Source of the DNA: Phormidium sp.
GTDB lineage: Bacteria; Cyanobacteriota; Cyanobacteriia; Cyanobacteriales; Aerosakkonemataceae
Direction: 5' to 3'
Length of the DNA: 64,000 nt
Assembly (NCBI GenBank): GCA_051013385.1
Contig: CP143273.1
Span: forward strand, 1,600,001-1,664,000
Shown: one piece after another, positions 31,950-41,298 of the stretch
How the letters are laid out: every line of letters begins with the position of its first letter
How positions within the stretch are numbered: the first letter of the stretch is position 1
Made by a program: the position numbers and the translations under genes
The notes under the pieces: model-generated
What the model was told of the DNA's origin: nothing
Database searches by the model: none
What the model saw: the letters and a program-made list of their open reading frames with translations, nothing else

Positions 31950-32747
31950 GTGAGCCAAACAAGTTCTAATTCAGATTTACAGAGATGGGGGCGGCGTTTA
32001 GTAGCGGCGATTTTCCTGGGTGGACAAGTTATAGTCCATTTACTCAAAGGCAAAATTCATCGGCGCAACACCTTAGAACAAATGGCAACCGTTGGGCCAG
32101 AATCATTATTAATTGCCTTGATCACAGCTGCTTTTGTGGGGATGGTGTTTACAGTGCAGGTGGCGCGAGAGTTCATCAGTTTGGGCGCAGGTAACACCGT
32201 CGGTGGAGTATTAGCATTAGCCTTAGCCCGTGAACTCGCACCGATTCTGACTGCTGTAGTATTAGCAGGGAGGATTGGTTCAGCTTTTGCGGCGGAAATT
32301 GGCACAATGAGAGTCACAGAACAAATTGACGCTCTGTATATGTTGAAAACCGATCCGATCGACTATTTAGTGATTCCCCGTGCGATCGCCTGTTGCTTAA
32401 TGCTGCCAATTTTAACGCTCATGAGTTTAATCACTGGCTTGTTTGGCGGGTTAATCATTTCTAGTACCCTATATGGCATCTCGGAGTCAGTATTTTTAGA
32501 TTCCGTGCGGGGCTTTCTCTCAGTTTGGGATATTTGTAGTGGTGAGATTAAAGCTTTTTGCTTTGGCGCTTTAATTGCCGTGATCGGTTGTAGTTGGGGT
32601 TTAACTACTTCCGGGGGTGCAAAAGGTGTGGGACAATCAACCACAACTGCTGTAGTAACTGCTTTGCTAGCAATCTTTATTAGCAATTTCTTTTTGAGTT
32701 GGGTAATGTTTCAAGGAACAGGCAGTGCGGTTTTTCAAAGTTTGTGA
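31950..32747 (+). CDS. mlaE: MlaE/Ycf63 lipid ABC permease
   Basis: RELAP, AEIGTMRVTEQIDAL and GAKGVG motifs. Confidence 0.95.
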   Translation: MSQTSSNSDLQRWGRRLVAAIFLGGQVIVHLLKGKIHRRNTLEQMATVGPESLLIALITAAFVGMVFTVQVAREFISLGAGNTVGGVLALALARELAPILTAVVLAGRIGSAFAAEIGTMRVTEQIDALYMLKTDPIDYLVIPRAIACCLMLPILTLMSLITGLFGGLIISSTLYGISESVFLDSVRGFLSVWDICSGEIKAFCFGALIAVIGCSWGLTTSGGAKGVGQSTTTAVVTALLAIFISNFFLSWVMFQGTGSAVFQSL

Positions 32748-32826
32748 GTCTGGGGACTGGGGACTGGGGACTGGGGACTGGGAAAGTTCCCAGGAACAGG
32801 CAGTGCGGTTTTTCAAAGTTTGTGAG
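32714..32826 (+). repeat. 35-bp perfect duplication of the mlaE 3' end around a (TGGGGAC)n tract
   Basis: 32714-32748 is identical to 32792-32826. Confidence 0.95.
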
Positions 32827-32882
32827 ATACTGACCATTTAAAATAGAAGTGGTTTGTGTTTGTAAGTTAGGAAGGAAAGACG

Positions 32883-33269
32883 GTGACTACGGCTACTCCG
32901 ATCGGATCGCAACAAACAGTTGAATTAGCTCCCAGCTACACCATACCTTTAGTTTTAGTTTTGGGCGCAATACCATTGATCGTCGTGCTACCTTGGCTGA
33001 GTTTGGTAATTGCGGTTTTTGGCTTGTTCCTGTTGTTCCAAACTGTCACCATTCGGCTAAAATTTACCCCTACAGCTTTAGAAGTATATCGCTCTCAAAA
33101 ATTGATTCGCAACTTTCCTTACTCCGAATGGCAAAATTGGCGGATATTTTGGCCTCCTGTACCAATTTTGTTCTACTTTAAAGAAGTTAAAAGCATTCAC
33201 TTTTTGCCGATTATTTTCGATCCTCAAATGCTACAAACCTGTTTAGAACAGCGCTGTCCCCGGAATTAG
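32883..33269 (+). CDS. DUF3119-like protein
   Basis: FYFKEVKSIHFLP motif; lies between mlaE and plsY. Confidence 0.85.
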   Translation: MTTATPIGSQQTVELAPSYTIPLVLVLGAIPLIVVLPWLSLVIAVFGLFLLFQTVTIRLKFTPTALEVYRSQKLIRNFPYSEWQNWRIFWPPVPILFYFKEVKSIHFLPIIFDPQMLQTCLEQRCPRN

Positions 33270-33291
33270 TTGTTATTTGTTATTAGTTTAA

Positions 33292-34437
33292 ATGAATTCA
33301 GACTCATACCCTTTGCAAAAATCAGACTCAGAACCGAATATCGATGCTTGGGCAGATCCCCCAAAGGAAACTACCACAGTTGAACCGATTCCCACACCAT
33401 TGGAAATTCCAACTTCTGATTTGAATCCAGTGGTAATATTGAATAATTCATCACCAGAAAATGAAGTAAATACCTGGGAAGAAAGAGTAGCCCAATTGCA
33501 GCAGCAAGAACGGATGCTCAAACAACAGATTGCTAGTTTGCAAAGTTCCTACACGCAACAAATAGCAGAAATGCAAACTGCTATGAGTCGGGTAGTGCAA
33601 GAAAGTTTGCGAGATTTAGAACAACGACGACAAACTTTACAATTAGCAGTGGAACAATTAGAACGCCGCCAAGAACGCATTCGCAATGAAATGAAAACGA
33701 CTTTTGCGGGTGTTTCCCAAGATTTAGCAATTCGCGTTCAAGGTTTTAAAGATTATTTAGTCGGGAGTTTACAAGATTTAGCAACGGCGGCGGAACAATT
33801 AGATTTAGTTCCCCAAACTGATGAATCAGAAATGGTGGAAGTTAAAGAGGCAAAACCAACAAAAGATACCTCTGCAACTCCTCAATTTGCTGAACAAGGT
33901 TTTGAGGATCAAGCAAAGAGAATTCGCAGATTATTAGATCAGTATCGCACTCGTCCAGATTATTATGGCCCACCTTGGCAATTGCGCCGCACTTTTGAAC
34001 CAGTTCATGCAGAAAGAGCTTCTCAATGGTTCTTTACTCAAGGTGGAAAAGGTGCGTTGCGATCGCTAGGAACTCGCTTACAAAATATCTTGGTTGCTTC
34101 GTCGATCGTTTCCGTTTTAACAGATCTGTATGACGATCGCCTCCGCACTTTAATTTTGGCAAATAGTCCCGAACGTTTGGGAGAGTGGCGACGCGGTTTA
34201 CAAGACTGTTTAGGCATCTCTCGCGGCGATTTTGGGCCCGATCAAGGTTTGGTATTATTTGAAGCGCCAGAACCTCTGGCAATCAAAGCAGAAAGGATAG
34301 TTAAAGAAGGAGATTTGCCGTTAATTATTATTGACGAAACAGAAGATAAAATCAATCTTTCTGTGCTGCAATTTCCCCTTTGGTTAGCTTTTGCACCCGA
34401 TCCACAATCTCCTAGCTATTCTTCCGATCGGTATTAG
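33292..34437 (+). CDS. DUF3086-like coiled-coil protein
   Basis: PDYYGPPWQLRR and RLGEWRRGLQDCLG motifs. Confidence 0.85.
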   Translation: MNSDSYPLQKSDSEPNIDAWADPPKETTTVEPIPTPLEIPTSDLNPVVILNNSSPENEVNTWEERVAQLQQQERMLKQQIASLQSSYTQQIAEMQTAMSRVVQESLRDLEQRRQTLQLAVEQLERRQERIRNEMKTTFAGVSQDLAIRVQGFKDYLVGSLQDLATAAEQLDLVPQTDESEMVEVKEAKPTKDTSATPQFAEQGFEDQAKRIRRLLDQYRTRPDYYGPPWQLRRTFEPVHAERASQWFFTQGGKGALRSLGTRLQNILVASSIVSVLTDLYDDRLRTLILANSPERLGEWRRGLQDCLGISRGDFGPDQGLVLFEAPEPLAIKAERIVKEGDLPLIIIDETEDKINLSVLQFPLWLAFAPDPQSPSYSSDRY

Positions 34438-34624
34438 TTGGGGATTCGGGGTTGGGGATGATGGCGAAGTTGGGTAAGGAAATAAACACAGCTTTACCCA
34501 ACGAATCCTAAAAACCCGGTTTCTTTAGGAGGTGGCGAGATTGCAAGGGAAAATAGCAACAGAAACCGGGTTTTTGCATAACTAGTGACTTGGGTAATTA
34601 TTAAAAATTTTTACTTCAAAAAAG

Positions 34625-35278
34625 GTGATTGTTGTGGGGATAGCTATTAGTGTTGGGTTGTTGTTAGTGGCTTATTTGTTGGGTTCTTTTCCCACAGGTT
34701 TTTTAGCTGCTAAATTGTTGAAAGGTATTGATATTCGGGAGCAAGGTTCCGGTTCTATTGGCGCAACAAATGTGCTGCGAACTTTGGGGAAAGGGCCTGC
34801 AATTGTTGTATTGTTAGTGGATGCGCTCAAGGGTGCTTTGGCGATCGCTCTAGCAAACTGGCTCTATCCTTTCACTAATAACCAAATACCTTTACCTTGG
34901 TTAGTTACTTTAGCCGGATTATTCGCTGTAATTGGGCACAGTTTACCCATTTGGTTGAATTTCAAAGGTGGTAAATCAGTGGCTACAAGTTTGGGCATTC
35001 TGTTAGCAATGTCTTGGCAAGTAGGTTTAGCAACTTTGGGTGTTTTCGCGTTTGTCGTGGCAATTACAAGGATTGTTTCTATTAGTTCGATTTCGGGTGC
35101 GATCGCAGTTTCCCTATTCATGATTTTGTTTAAACAACCACTGCCATATTTAATATTTTCCTTAGCTGGAGGTGCTTATGTAATTTGGCGACACCGCAGC
35201 AATATTCAGCGGATAATTGCAGGTACAGAACCGAAAGTTGGGCAAAAATTAGCAACTGAAATCGAGCAAACTACTTAG
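34625..35278 (+). CDS. plsY: glycerol-3-phosphate acyltransferase
   Basis: GSGSIGATN, FKGGKSVAT and HRSNI motifs. Confidence 0.97.
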   Translation: MIVVGIAISVGLLLVAYLLGSFPTGFLAAKLLKGIDIREQGSGSIGATNVLRTLGKGPAIVVLLVDALKGALAIALANWLYPFTNNQIPLPWLVTLAGLFAVIGHSLPIWLNFKGGKSVATSLGILLAMSWQVGLATLGVFAFVVAITRIVSISSISGAIAVSLFMILFKQPLPYLIFSLAGGAYVIWRHRSNIQRIIAGTEPKVGQKLATEIEQTT

Positions 35279-35302
35279 AAACAGAAAGAATCATCAGGAA
35301 AA

Positions 35303-35501
35303 TAGACTTCGTGCAGAATTACGATGATATCATGTCCGGTCGATTACCCATAATTAGGAGTTTTTATTGTGGGTAATTCAACGGACATGATATGAAATCC
35401 TTTTTGGATGACAGATTGACTAATTTTGTTATGTTCTTAACAGAACCTAATAAAGCCAAGTTTTTCAAGTTGGAAATCTAAATAATTCTGCAAGATGTCT
35501 A
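35303..35501. mobile_element. MITE-like element with a nested palindromic element
   Basis: 19-bp terminal inverted repeats (17/19), TAGAC.TC.TGCAGAATTA; inner inverted repeat ATATCATGTCCG at 35327-35393. Confidence 0.7.
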
Positions 35502-35558
35502 ATGTAATTTACTCGCTTATTATAAGTTTAGAGTGTAAGTCTCGGTTAAACTGCATAT

Positions 35559-37268
35559 TTAGTCAAATGTCGATGGTTTGCTGCCAAGTATTTGTTGTGT
35601 TTGGGTATCACTAACCAGTGTTTCTGAAATATTACCTAAAAAACAAATCGCGTTTTGATCTACTTCATAACCCCATTGGCGCAAATATTCACACACACCT
35701 GAAACAATCTGTGCTGCTTGTTCCCAGTCTTCTGCTTTACAGGCATGATAGTGTGCTTGAATTAGGGGTTTAATATCTTCAATATTTTGCCATTCGGTTT
35801 CTGGTTTAAGAGGAAATTTTAAAAAGTAATGGTAGGCTTGTCTATGAGCCTTAAGGAGATGTTCGTAGTTTTGAGATAATATTCGATATGCTTTTTCTTG
35901 AATGATGGGATGAATTTGATAGGATTGTTTTACTGGGTGATAATAAAGTAATTGCCGACGTTTGAGGGCACGGAGGATGTTTTCTTTAAGTTCATATTGG
36001 CTTACTTCTGGCATTTGAGCGGCAATAGCATTATAGTTTAGGTTAACTTCTGAAGTTCGGTAAATAGAAAGTCGGCTAATACAATTTCGTTCTAACTCGC
36101 TGAGGCGCTGAAATATTGGCTCAAGGAAATTTTCAATTTCTTGAATGAGCAACCAGTCTCTATCTTGCAAAAATTTGCCAACGTTTCCCAGATATTCCTC
36201 ATCATTACAAATTAAGTTGGCAATGAGTTGCAAAGCTTTAGGGTGTCCTTGATAACGATCGCTAAGTTCAGCTAATTCTGAAACCTCTCCTCCTTTCTGT
36301 GAAGGAAAAGAGTTAGGGGGCTTAGGTTCTAATTCTTGCGGCGTGTCAGTTAGATTAAAAGATTGCAATAGGGCAATTCCGGTATCTCGATCTAATCCAG
36401 TCAGCACAATTTCACGGGTAACAGTTGGGGGTAATTCTGCCAAGCTTTCCCGACTGATGAATAATAATTTGCTTTTATGTTCGGTGTCTAATAGTTGTTT
36501 AAATAACCAGGCATATTCTGTGTATGTTTCATCAAAATAGCCAGCTGTTTGTGCTAAACCAGTTTTTAAGATTGTTTCCACACTATCAAAGACAATAAAA
36601 CAAGATTTTTCTTTTACCACTTTTATGAATTGCTCGATTTTTTGATGAGAATTATTCGGTTGGGATAGAGCGATCGTGATATCTGTATGGGAAAGGACAC
36701 TCAAGAGGGAATCTATAAATACGAGAAAATTCGGGGGTATATCACCACTTGTTTGTAAAGTTTGCCATGCAGCGGCAACAAAAGGGGTAGTTTCTCCTTG
36801 CAATTGGCGAATAAGTTGACTCGCGAGAGTGCTTTTGCCGATTCCAGGTAATCCAACAATAGAAATTCCGATAATGTTTGGATTGAAAAGGTATTTTTTT
36901 ATCGCTTCAATTTCTCTGGTGCTACCTACCCAATTTCTTACAGGGGGTAGGTTTTCTGGAAGTGTGAAGTTGGTATTTTTTTCAGAAAGTATGGGTAAAT
37001 CTGCGATCGCAGATGCTAAGAGTAATTCTGTTTTCTGAATATCGCTACGTTCAATAATATCTTCCCAATTATTAATTCCTACTGCTTTACAAATATCAAT
37101 AAATGTTTCTCGCCTAATATGTTTCCGCCCCCAAAACCGTTTTAAAGTTGCTTTAGAAGTCAAGGCAGCTTTACACCACATTCCATCTGTTTTGTTCCAC
37201 CCCGGATTACGTCTGGCTATATCAATTATTTTTAACCCCTCTTCAGATGCTCTGAGTAAGCCAGCCAT
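35559..37268 (-). CDS. STAND (NB-ARC-like) NTPase with probable N-terminal HTH; no C-terminal repeat domain
   Basis: GLPGIGKS (Walker A), IVFDSVE (Walker B), ISRE and GHPKAL; N-terminal SKATLKRF...I. Confidence 0.85.
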   Translation of the reverse strand: MAGLLRASEEGLKIIDIARRNPGWNKTDGMWCKAALTSKATLKRFWGRKHIRRETFIDICKAVGINNWEDIIERSDIQKTELLLASAIADLPILSEKNTNFTLPENLPPVRNWVGSTREIEAIKKYLFNPNIIGISIVGLPGIGKSTLASQLIRQLQGETTPFVAAAWQTLQTSGDIPPNFLVFIDSLLSVLSHTDITIALSQPNNSHQKIEQFIKVVKEKSCFIVFDSVETILKTGLAQTAGYFDETYTEYAWLFKQLLDTEHKSKLLFISRESLAELPPTVTREIVLTGLDRDTGIALLQSFNLTDTPQELEPKPPNSFPSQKGGEVSELAELSDRYQGHPKALQLIANLICNDEEYLGNVGKFLQDRDWLLIQEIENFLEPIFQRLSELERNCISRLSIYRTSEVNLNYNAIAAQMPEVSQYELKENILRALKRRQLLYYHPVKQSYQIHPIIQEKAYRILSQNYEHLLKAHRQAYHYFLKFPLKPETEWQNIEDIKPLIQAHYHACKAEDWEQAAQIVSGVCEYLRQWGYEVDQNAICFLGNISETLVSDTQTQQILGSKPSTFD

Positions 37269-37318
37269 TTTATTCCCGTAGCACAATTGCGATCAATTTG
37301 AATTATACATCAGTTTGA

Positions 37319-37373
37319 AGAGCCAAACAGTGAGACAAATGAGCTAAATGATTGAGCCAAATAGTGAGCCAAA
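37319..37373. promoter_or_regulatory. five direct repeats of TGAGCCAAA consensus in a divergent promoter
   Basis: Copies at 37319, 37331, 37340, 37353 and 37365. Confidence 0.75.
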
Positions 37374-37455
37374 AGGTTAACTATTTTAGCTTATGACAAG
37401 GCTACTCTAGTAATTCAGACAGCCAAATGTAACAAATTATTGTGTATTTTTAAAT

Positions 37456-38889
37456 ATGACAGATGCCGCTTTACTGAGAGAGAAAAACTATTCTCACAAC
37501 GTTGTATACGAGTTCGATCGCTCTAAGCAGATTAGAACGTTTATTTTAGAGAGCAGTCAGAGTGCCTTAATTTTTGTATGTGAAGACAATCTGGGATCTG
37601 AGGAAGCATTACTGGATGTATCGGTACTAGAGAAATTACTAGAATCATCGCCAGTTACATACAACCCTGGTGGAGTAGTAGATGCACTTTCGCTTGTTGC
37701 TAAAGGGAATGTAGAACGAGTAATTCTTGATGAGTCGGTTTTCGATCGAGATGTTGTCTATCTGCAAACAGTCGGACGAAATGCTGCTATTGAAATTAGA
37801 CCCGACGATCTGCGAAAAGTGCTGACAGATTTAGGCTTTAATTCTGAAGCGGACAAGCCAAAGCTGATTACTTATGATTTTGGCTACACAACTAATAACC
37901 AGACTACTCAACACCGAGTTATTTCTGGCATTCAGTCATCAGGGGATATGACTTTAGGGAATTACTTGGGAGCGATTATTAACTGGAAAAAGCAGATCGA
38001 AAAGTACGATGAGAATTTCTTTTTCATCGCTGATTTGCACAGCTTAACTGTATTGCCTGACCCGGCAGATTTGCGAAATAGAATTCGCCAAACTGTGATG
38101 ACTTTGATTGCCTGCGGTCTGGATTTAGAGAAGGCTGCACTGTTCCGTCAGAGCGATCTGGGCGGCTATCATACTGAACTTGCCTGGATTTTTAGCTGCT
38201 TGACACCAGAAGGTCGGTTACAGCAGATGACCCAAGTTAAGGATAAGTCACAGAAACAGCAAATGGTAGGGGCAGGTTTGAGGAACTATCCTATTTTGAT
38301 GGCGGCGGATATTTCTTTGTACCAGGCAACTCTTGTACCTGTGGGAGACGATCAGCGACAACACTTAGAACTATGTCGTGAGATTGTTCGGCGGTTCAAT
38401 AATCGTTATGGTTACACAATGCCTGTACCAAAGGCGGAAGTGCCAAAGGTTTTAGCGCGTGTAATGAGTCTGACAGATGGTACAAAAAAGATGTCAAAGT
38501 CAGATGAAAATCGAGATAGTTGTATCTACTTGTTAGATAGTCCAGATGAGATTAATCGCAAAATTAAACGGGCGAAAACCGACCCGAATCCTACCTTAAG
38601 CTTTGACGAAAATCGCCCTGAAGTTTTTAACCTGTTAAGTATCTATCAAGTTTTATCAGGTAAGGAAAAGGAAGCAGTTGAGCGTCACTTTGAAGGCAAG
38701 GGTGCAGCAGCACTCAAAAAGGAATTGACAGAATTGTTGGTTGAGGATTTAAAACCAATTCGAGAAAAATACAACGAGTTGGCTAGTAATCCCAGTTTAG
38801 TAGATGTTGTTTTGCAAAAAGGTAGGGAGCGGGTAGAGCCAATTGCTAAACAGACTTTGGCGATCGCAAAACAGCGTGTAGGTTTATAA
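37456..38889 (+). CDS. trpS: tryptophanyl-tRNA synthetase with about 150-aa N-terminal extra domain
   Basis: SGIQSSG.MTLGNY, IADLHS, YPILMAADI, VPVGDDQRQHLE and KMSKS motifs. Confidence 0.93.
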   Translation: MTDAALLREKNYSHNVVYEFDRSKQIRTFILESSQSALIFVCEDNLGSEEALLDVSVLEKLLESSPVTYNPGGVVDALSLVAKGNVERVILDESVFDRDVVYLQTVGRNAAIEIRPDDLRKVLTDLGFNSEADKPKLITYDFGYTTNNQTTQHRVISGIQSSGDMTLGNYLGAIINWKKQIEKYDENFFFIADLHSLTVLPDPADLRNRIRQTVMTLIACGLDLEKAALFRQSDLGGYHTELAWIFSCLTPEGRLQQMTQVKDKSQKQQMVGAGLRNYPILMAADISLYQATLVPVGDDQRQHLELCREIVRRFNNRYGYTMPVPKAEVPKVLARVMSLTDGTKKMSKSDENRDSCIYLLDSPDEINRKIKRAKTDPNPTLSFDENRPEVFNLLSIYQVLSGKEKEAVERHFEGKGAAALKKELTELLVEDLKPIREKYNELASNPSLVDVVLQKGRERVEPIAKQTLAIAKQRVGL

Positions 38890-38891
38890 TT

Positions 38892-39875
38892 ATGCGACGT
38901 TTAAGAAGTAACGTCCTCGCTGTTGGATTGCTTGCCGCATTTTGTACGGCTATTTTCAGAGGTTTAGATAACTTCACCGTACATAATCTTATTACTGCTC
39001 CCGATAAGTTAACAGCGGCATTTGCTTACCTCATTATTGGCGGTTGGACTGGTGTAATAGCTGGAACATTCTTCTCATTAATTTTAGGTAGAAAACTAAT
39101 CGATGATAAGTTTAGGAAGATTGTCTTTAACAACCGCCAGATGCACTGGTCTGCATTCATTTCTGGGAGTATATCAGCAGGTAGTACACTTTTTATTTTG
39201 CTAGGCAATCAACTTGGCGATCCCAGCGTGATAGTAGCACTTTCCAGTCTTACTATTGTCTACACAATTTTGTACGACCTATTTACAGGACAAGCAGACT
39301 GGAAATACCTTTTTCTGCCATCAATTGTCACCATCACAGGTGGTATGATGGCTGGTTTTAGTGGGTCGCTATCAGTAACGGCTATAGGTCTTTTCTATGT
39401 CGTTGTTGTTTCTAATGGTTTAGGTGCATTTTCAGAAATAATTGAACAAAAGGGAGTTCGTGCTAGCGATAGTGTCAACCTTTTCATTTGGCGTTTTTTC
39501 TGGCTTGCTCTAACTGGCACTATCCTGGCGATCGCAGTTTCTTTGGCGCGTGGATATTTTAGTTTACTTGTAACAACAATTAAACAGGGAATGATTCATC
39601 TACCTTGGGTTATTACCACTATGTTTTTTGTCTTTGTTGCTATAGGGCTGAAACTTTACTTAAAGGGAACTCAGGCAGTATCTGTAGTTCTATTAATATT
39701 ATCAGCCCAAGTTATTCTGGCATACCCGATTACTATTATTGGCGATCGGCTTCAGCCTGGATTGTTTGGTGAACTTCCTACCATTTCAATATGGATGATT
39801 AGAATTATGGGTGCGATCTTAATTATTTTCGGTATTTTTCAACTTGAGATAGGCAAAAAAAACTTCAATAAGTAA
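38892..39875 (+). CDS. multi-pass membrane protein, DMT/EamA-like
   Basis: About 10 hydrophobic segments in two halves; family assignment is inferred. Confidence 0.6.
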   Translation: MRRLRSNVLAVGLLAAFCTAIFRGLDNFTVHNLITAPDKLTAAFAYLIIGGWTGVIAGTFFSLILGRKLIDDKFRKIVFNNRQMHWSAFISGSISAGSTLFILLGNQLGDPSVIVALSSLTIVYTILYDLFTGQADWKYLFLPSIVTITGGMMAGFSGSLSVTAIGLFYVVVVSNGLGAFSEIIEQKGVRASDSVNLFIWRFFWLALTGTILAIAVSLARGYFSLLVTTIKQGMIHLPWVITTMFFVFVAIGLKLYLKGTQAVSVVLLILSAQVILAYPITIIGDRLQPGLFGELPTISIWMIRIMGAILIIFGIFQLEIGKKNFNK

Positions 39876-39899
39876 AAATTAATAAAAGAAGTAGTAACT

Positions 39900-41288
39900 A
39901 TGTCTAACATTCTAATTCGTCACGAAGTTCTAGAACTATTACAACTGGTTAACAGTGACGGTGTATCTCACTGTCATCCTGACCAAATATTGTCACAATT
40001 ACAAACAATTTGTAACCATAATCCCGATTGCATCCGCATTGAAGAAATCGGTCATTCTCGCGATCGCCATCCTCTCTACGCATTGCTGATAGGTGATACA
40101 AATAACAAGCCTATCATTGCTGCTACGGGTAACTGTCATGCAGAAGAAGCGATCGGCACAACTACAATTCTAAAACTAGCAGAAGCGATCGCATCCCAAC
40201 CCGACTTTCAACCCATCCTAGAAAATTACTCTTTTGCCTTTATTCCACAAGCTAACCCCGACGGTACGTTAAAAAACTGGGAATGGCTAAAACTCGATCG
40301 TCCTACTTACCGCGACTACCTGCGACATTACTATCGAGACAATCGTTCGGAAGATGTCGAGCATGGTATTCCTACTTCTGAAACTGCACAAGAATGCCGT
40401 CCTGAACCAGAAGCAATAGCTAAATTTTATCGTCGCTTTCCAAAAATTAGTTATTACGTTACTCTCCACTCAGCTAATATCTTTCCGGGAGCGATGTTTT
40501 TAGTCAGTGAAAAACCACCAACCGCTATTTCTGAAACATTGGGTGCAGTTACCCATCAACAAGGTTTATCTTTGTACGAAGACAACGATAATGGCATGGA
40601 TGGTTTTGAGTTTATTGAACCTGGTTTTTATGGGATTCCCCGCTTTGAAGTGATGCGGGAAAAAATGTTGGCAGGAGGAGATCCAGAGCGAATTAAAAAA
40701 TTTAAGCTCAACTCATTCCAATTAGTTGAAAGCGAATGTCAATGTCCGATGTCGTTAGTATCTGAGCTACCTTACTTTCAAGTGGTGGGGCTCGATGATT
40801 TAACGCCTTTAGCTGATTATATTCCTGTGGCTTGCGATCGGGAAGTCCTCAAACGCAAACTTGTTTATTTTGAAGAAAAAAGTGCCAAGCAACGAATGAA
40901 TTTGCTTTCTTGTCTATCAGCTTCTAATTTTTCCTCACCACTGATGGAGTTTTACCAAGAAAAAACTAAATGGTTGCTAGGAAATATAGCAGGCGATCGC
41001 CAAGATTGCCACAAAGTCAGGGGATGTCCGACTTTAATCAAAGACTTGCTCGAAGTTCGCATTCGACCTTTGATGCTAGAAGCTGAAGTAGCTGCTATGA
41101 TGGTTCGACTTTACTGTGAATCTGGAGAGAATTCGGATTGTATCAAGTCAGCTATTTCGTACTATGAGGAAACATTTAATAACGCTTGCGATCGCATAGA
41201 CAAAATTACCACAATCAAAACTCTTTCCCTAGCCGATCAAGTCAAAATCCAAGCGGGAATTATTCTATCTGGACTATTAGTAAGCTAA
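39900..41288 (+). CDS. M14 zinc carboxypeptidase-family protein
   Basis: IGHS, HAEE (HxxE), ANPDG and TLHS motifs. Confidence 0.85.
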   Translation: MSNILIRHEVLELLQLVNSDGVSHCHPDQILSQLQTICNHNPDCIRIEEIGHSRDRHPLYALLIGDTNNKPIIAATGNCHAEEAIGTTTILKLAEAIASQPDFQPILENYSFAFIPQANPDGTLKNWEWLKLDRPTYRDYLRHYYRDNRSEDVEHGIPTSETAQECRPEPEAIAKFYRRFPKISYYVTLHSANIFPGAMFLVSEKPPTAISETLGAVTHQQGLSLYEDNDNGMDGFEFIEPGFYGIPRFEVMREKMLAGGDPERIKKFKLNSFQLVESECQCPMSLVSELPYFQVVGLDDLTPLADYIPVACDREVLKRKLVYFEEKSAKQRMNLLSCLSASNFSSPLMEFYQEKTKWLLGNIAGDRQDCHKVRGCPTLIKDLLEVRIRPLMLEAEVAAMMVRLYCESGENSDCIKSAISYYEETFNNACDRIDKITTIKTLSLADQVKIQAGIILSGLLVS

Positions 41289-41298
41289 AGGTAGTGCA

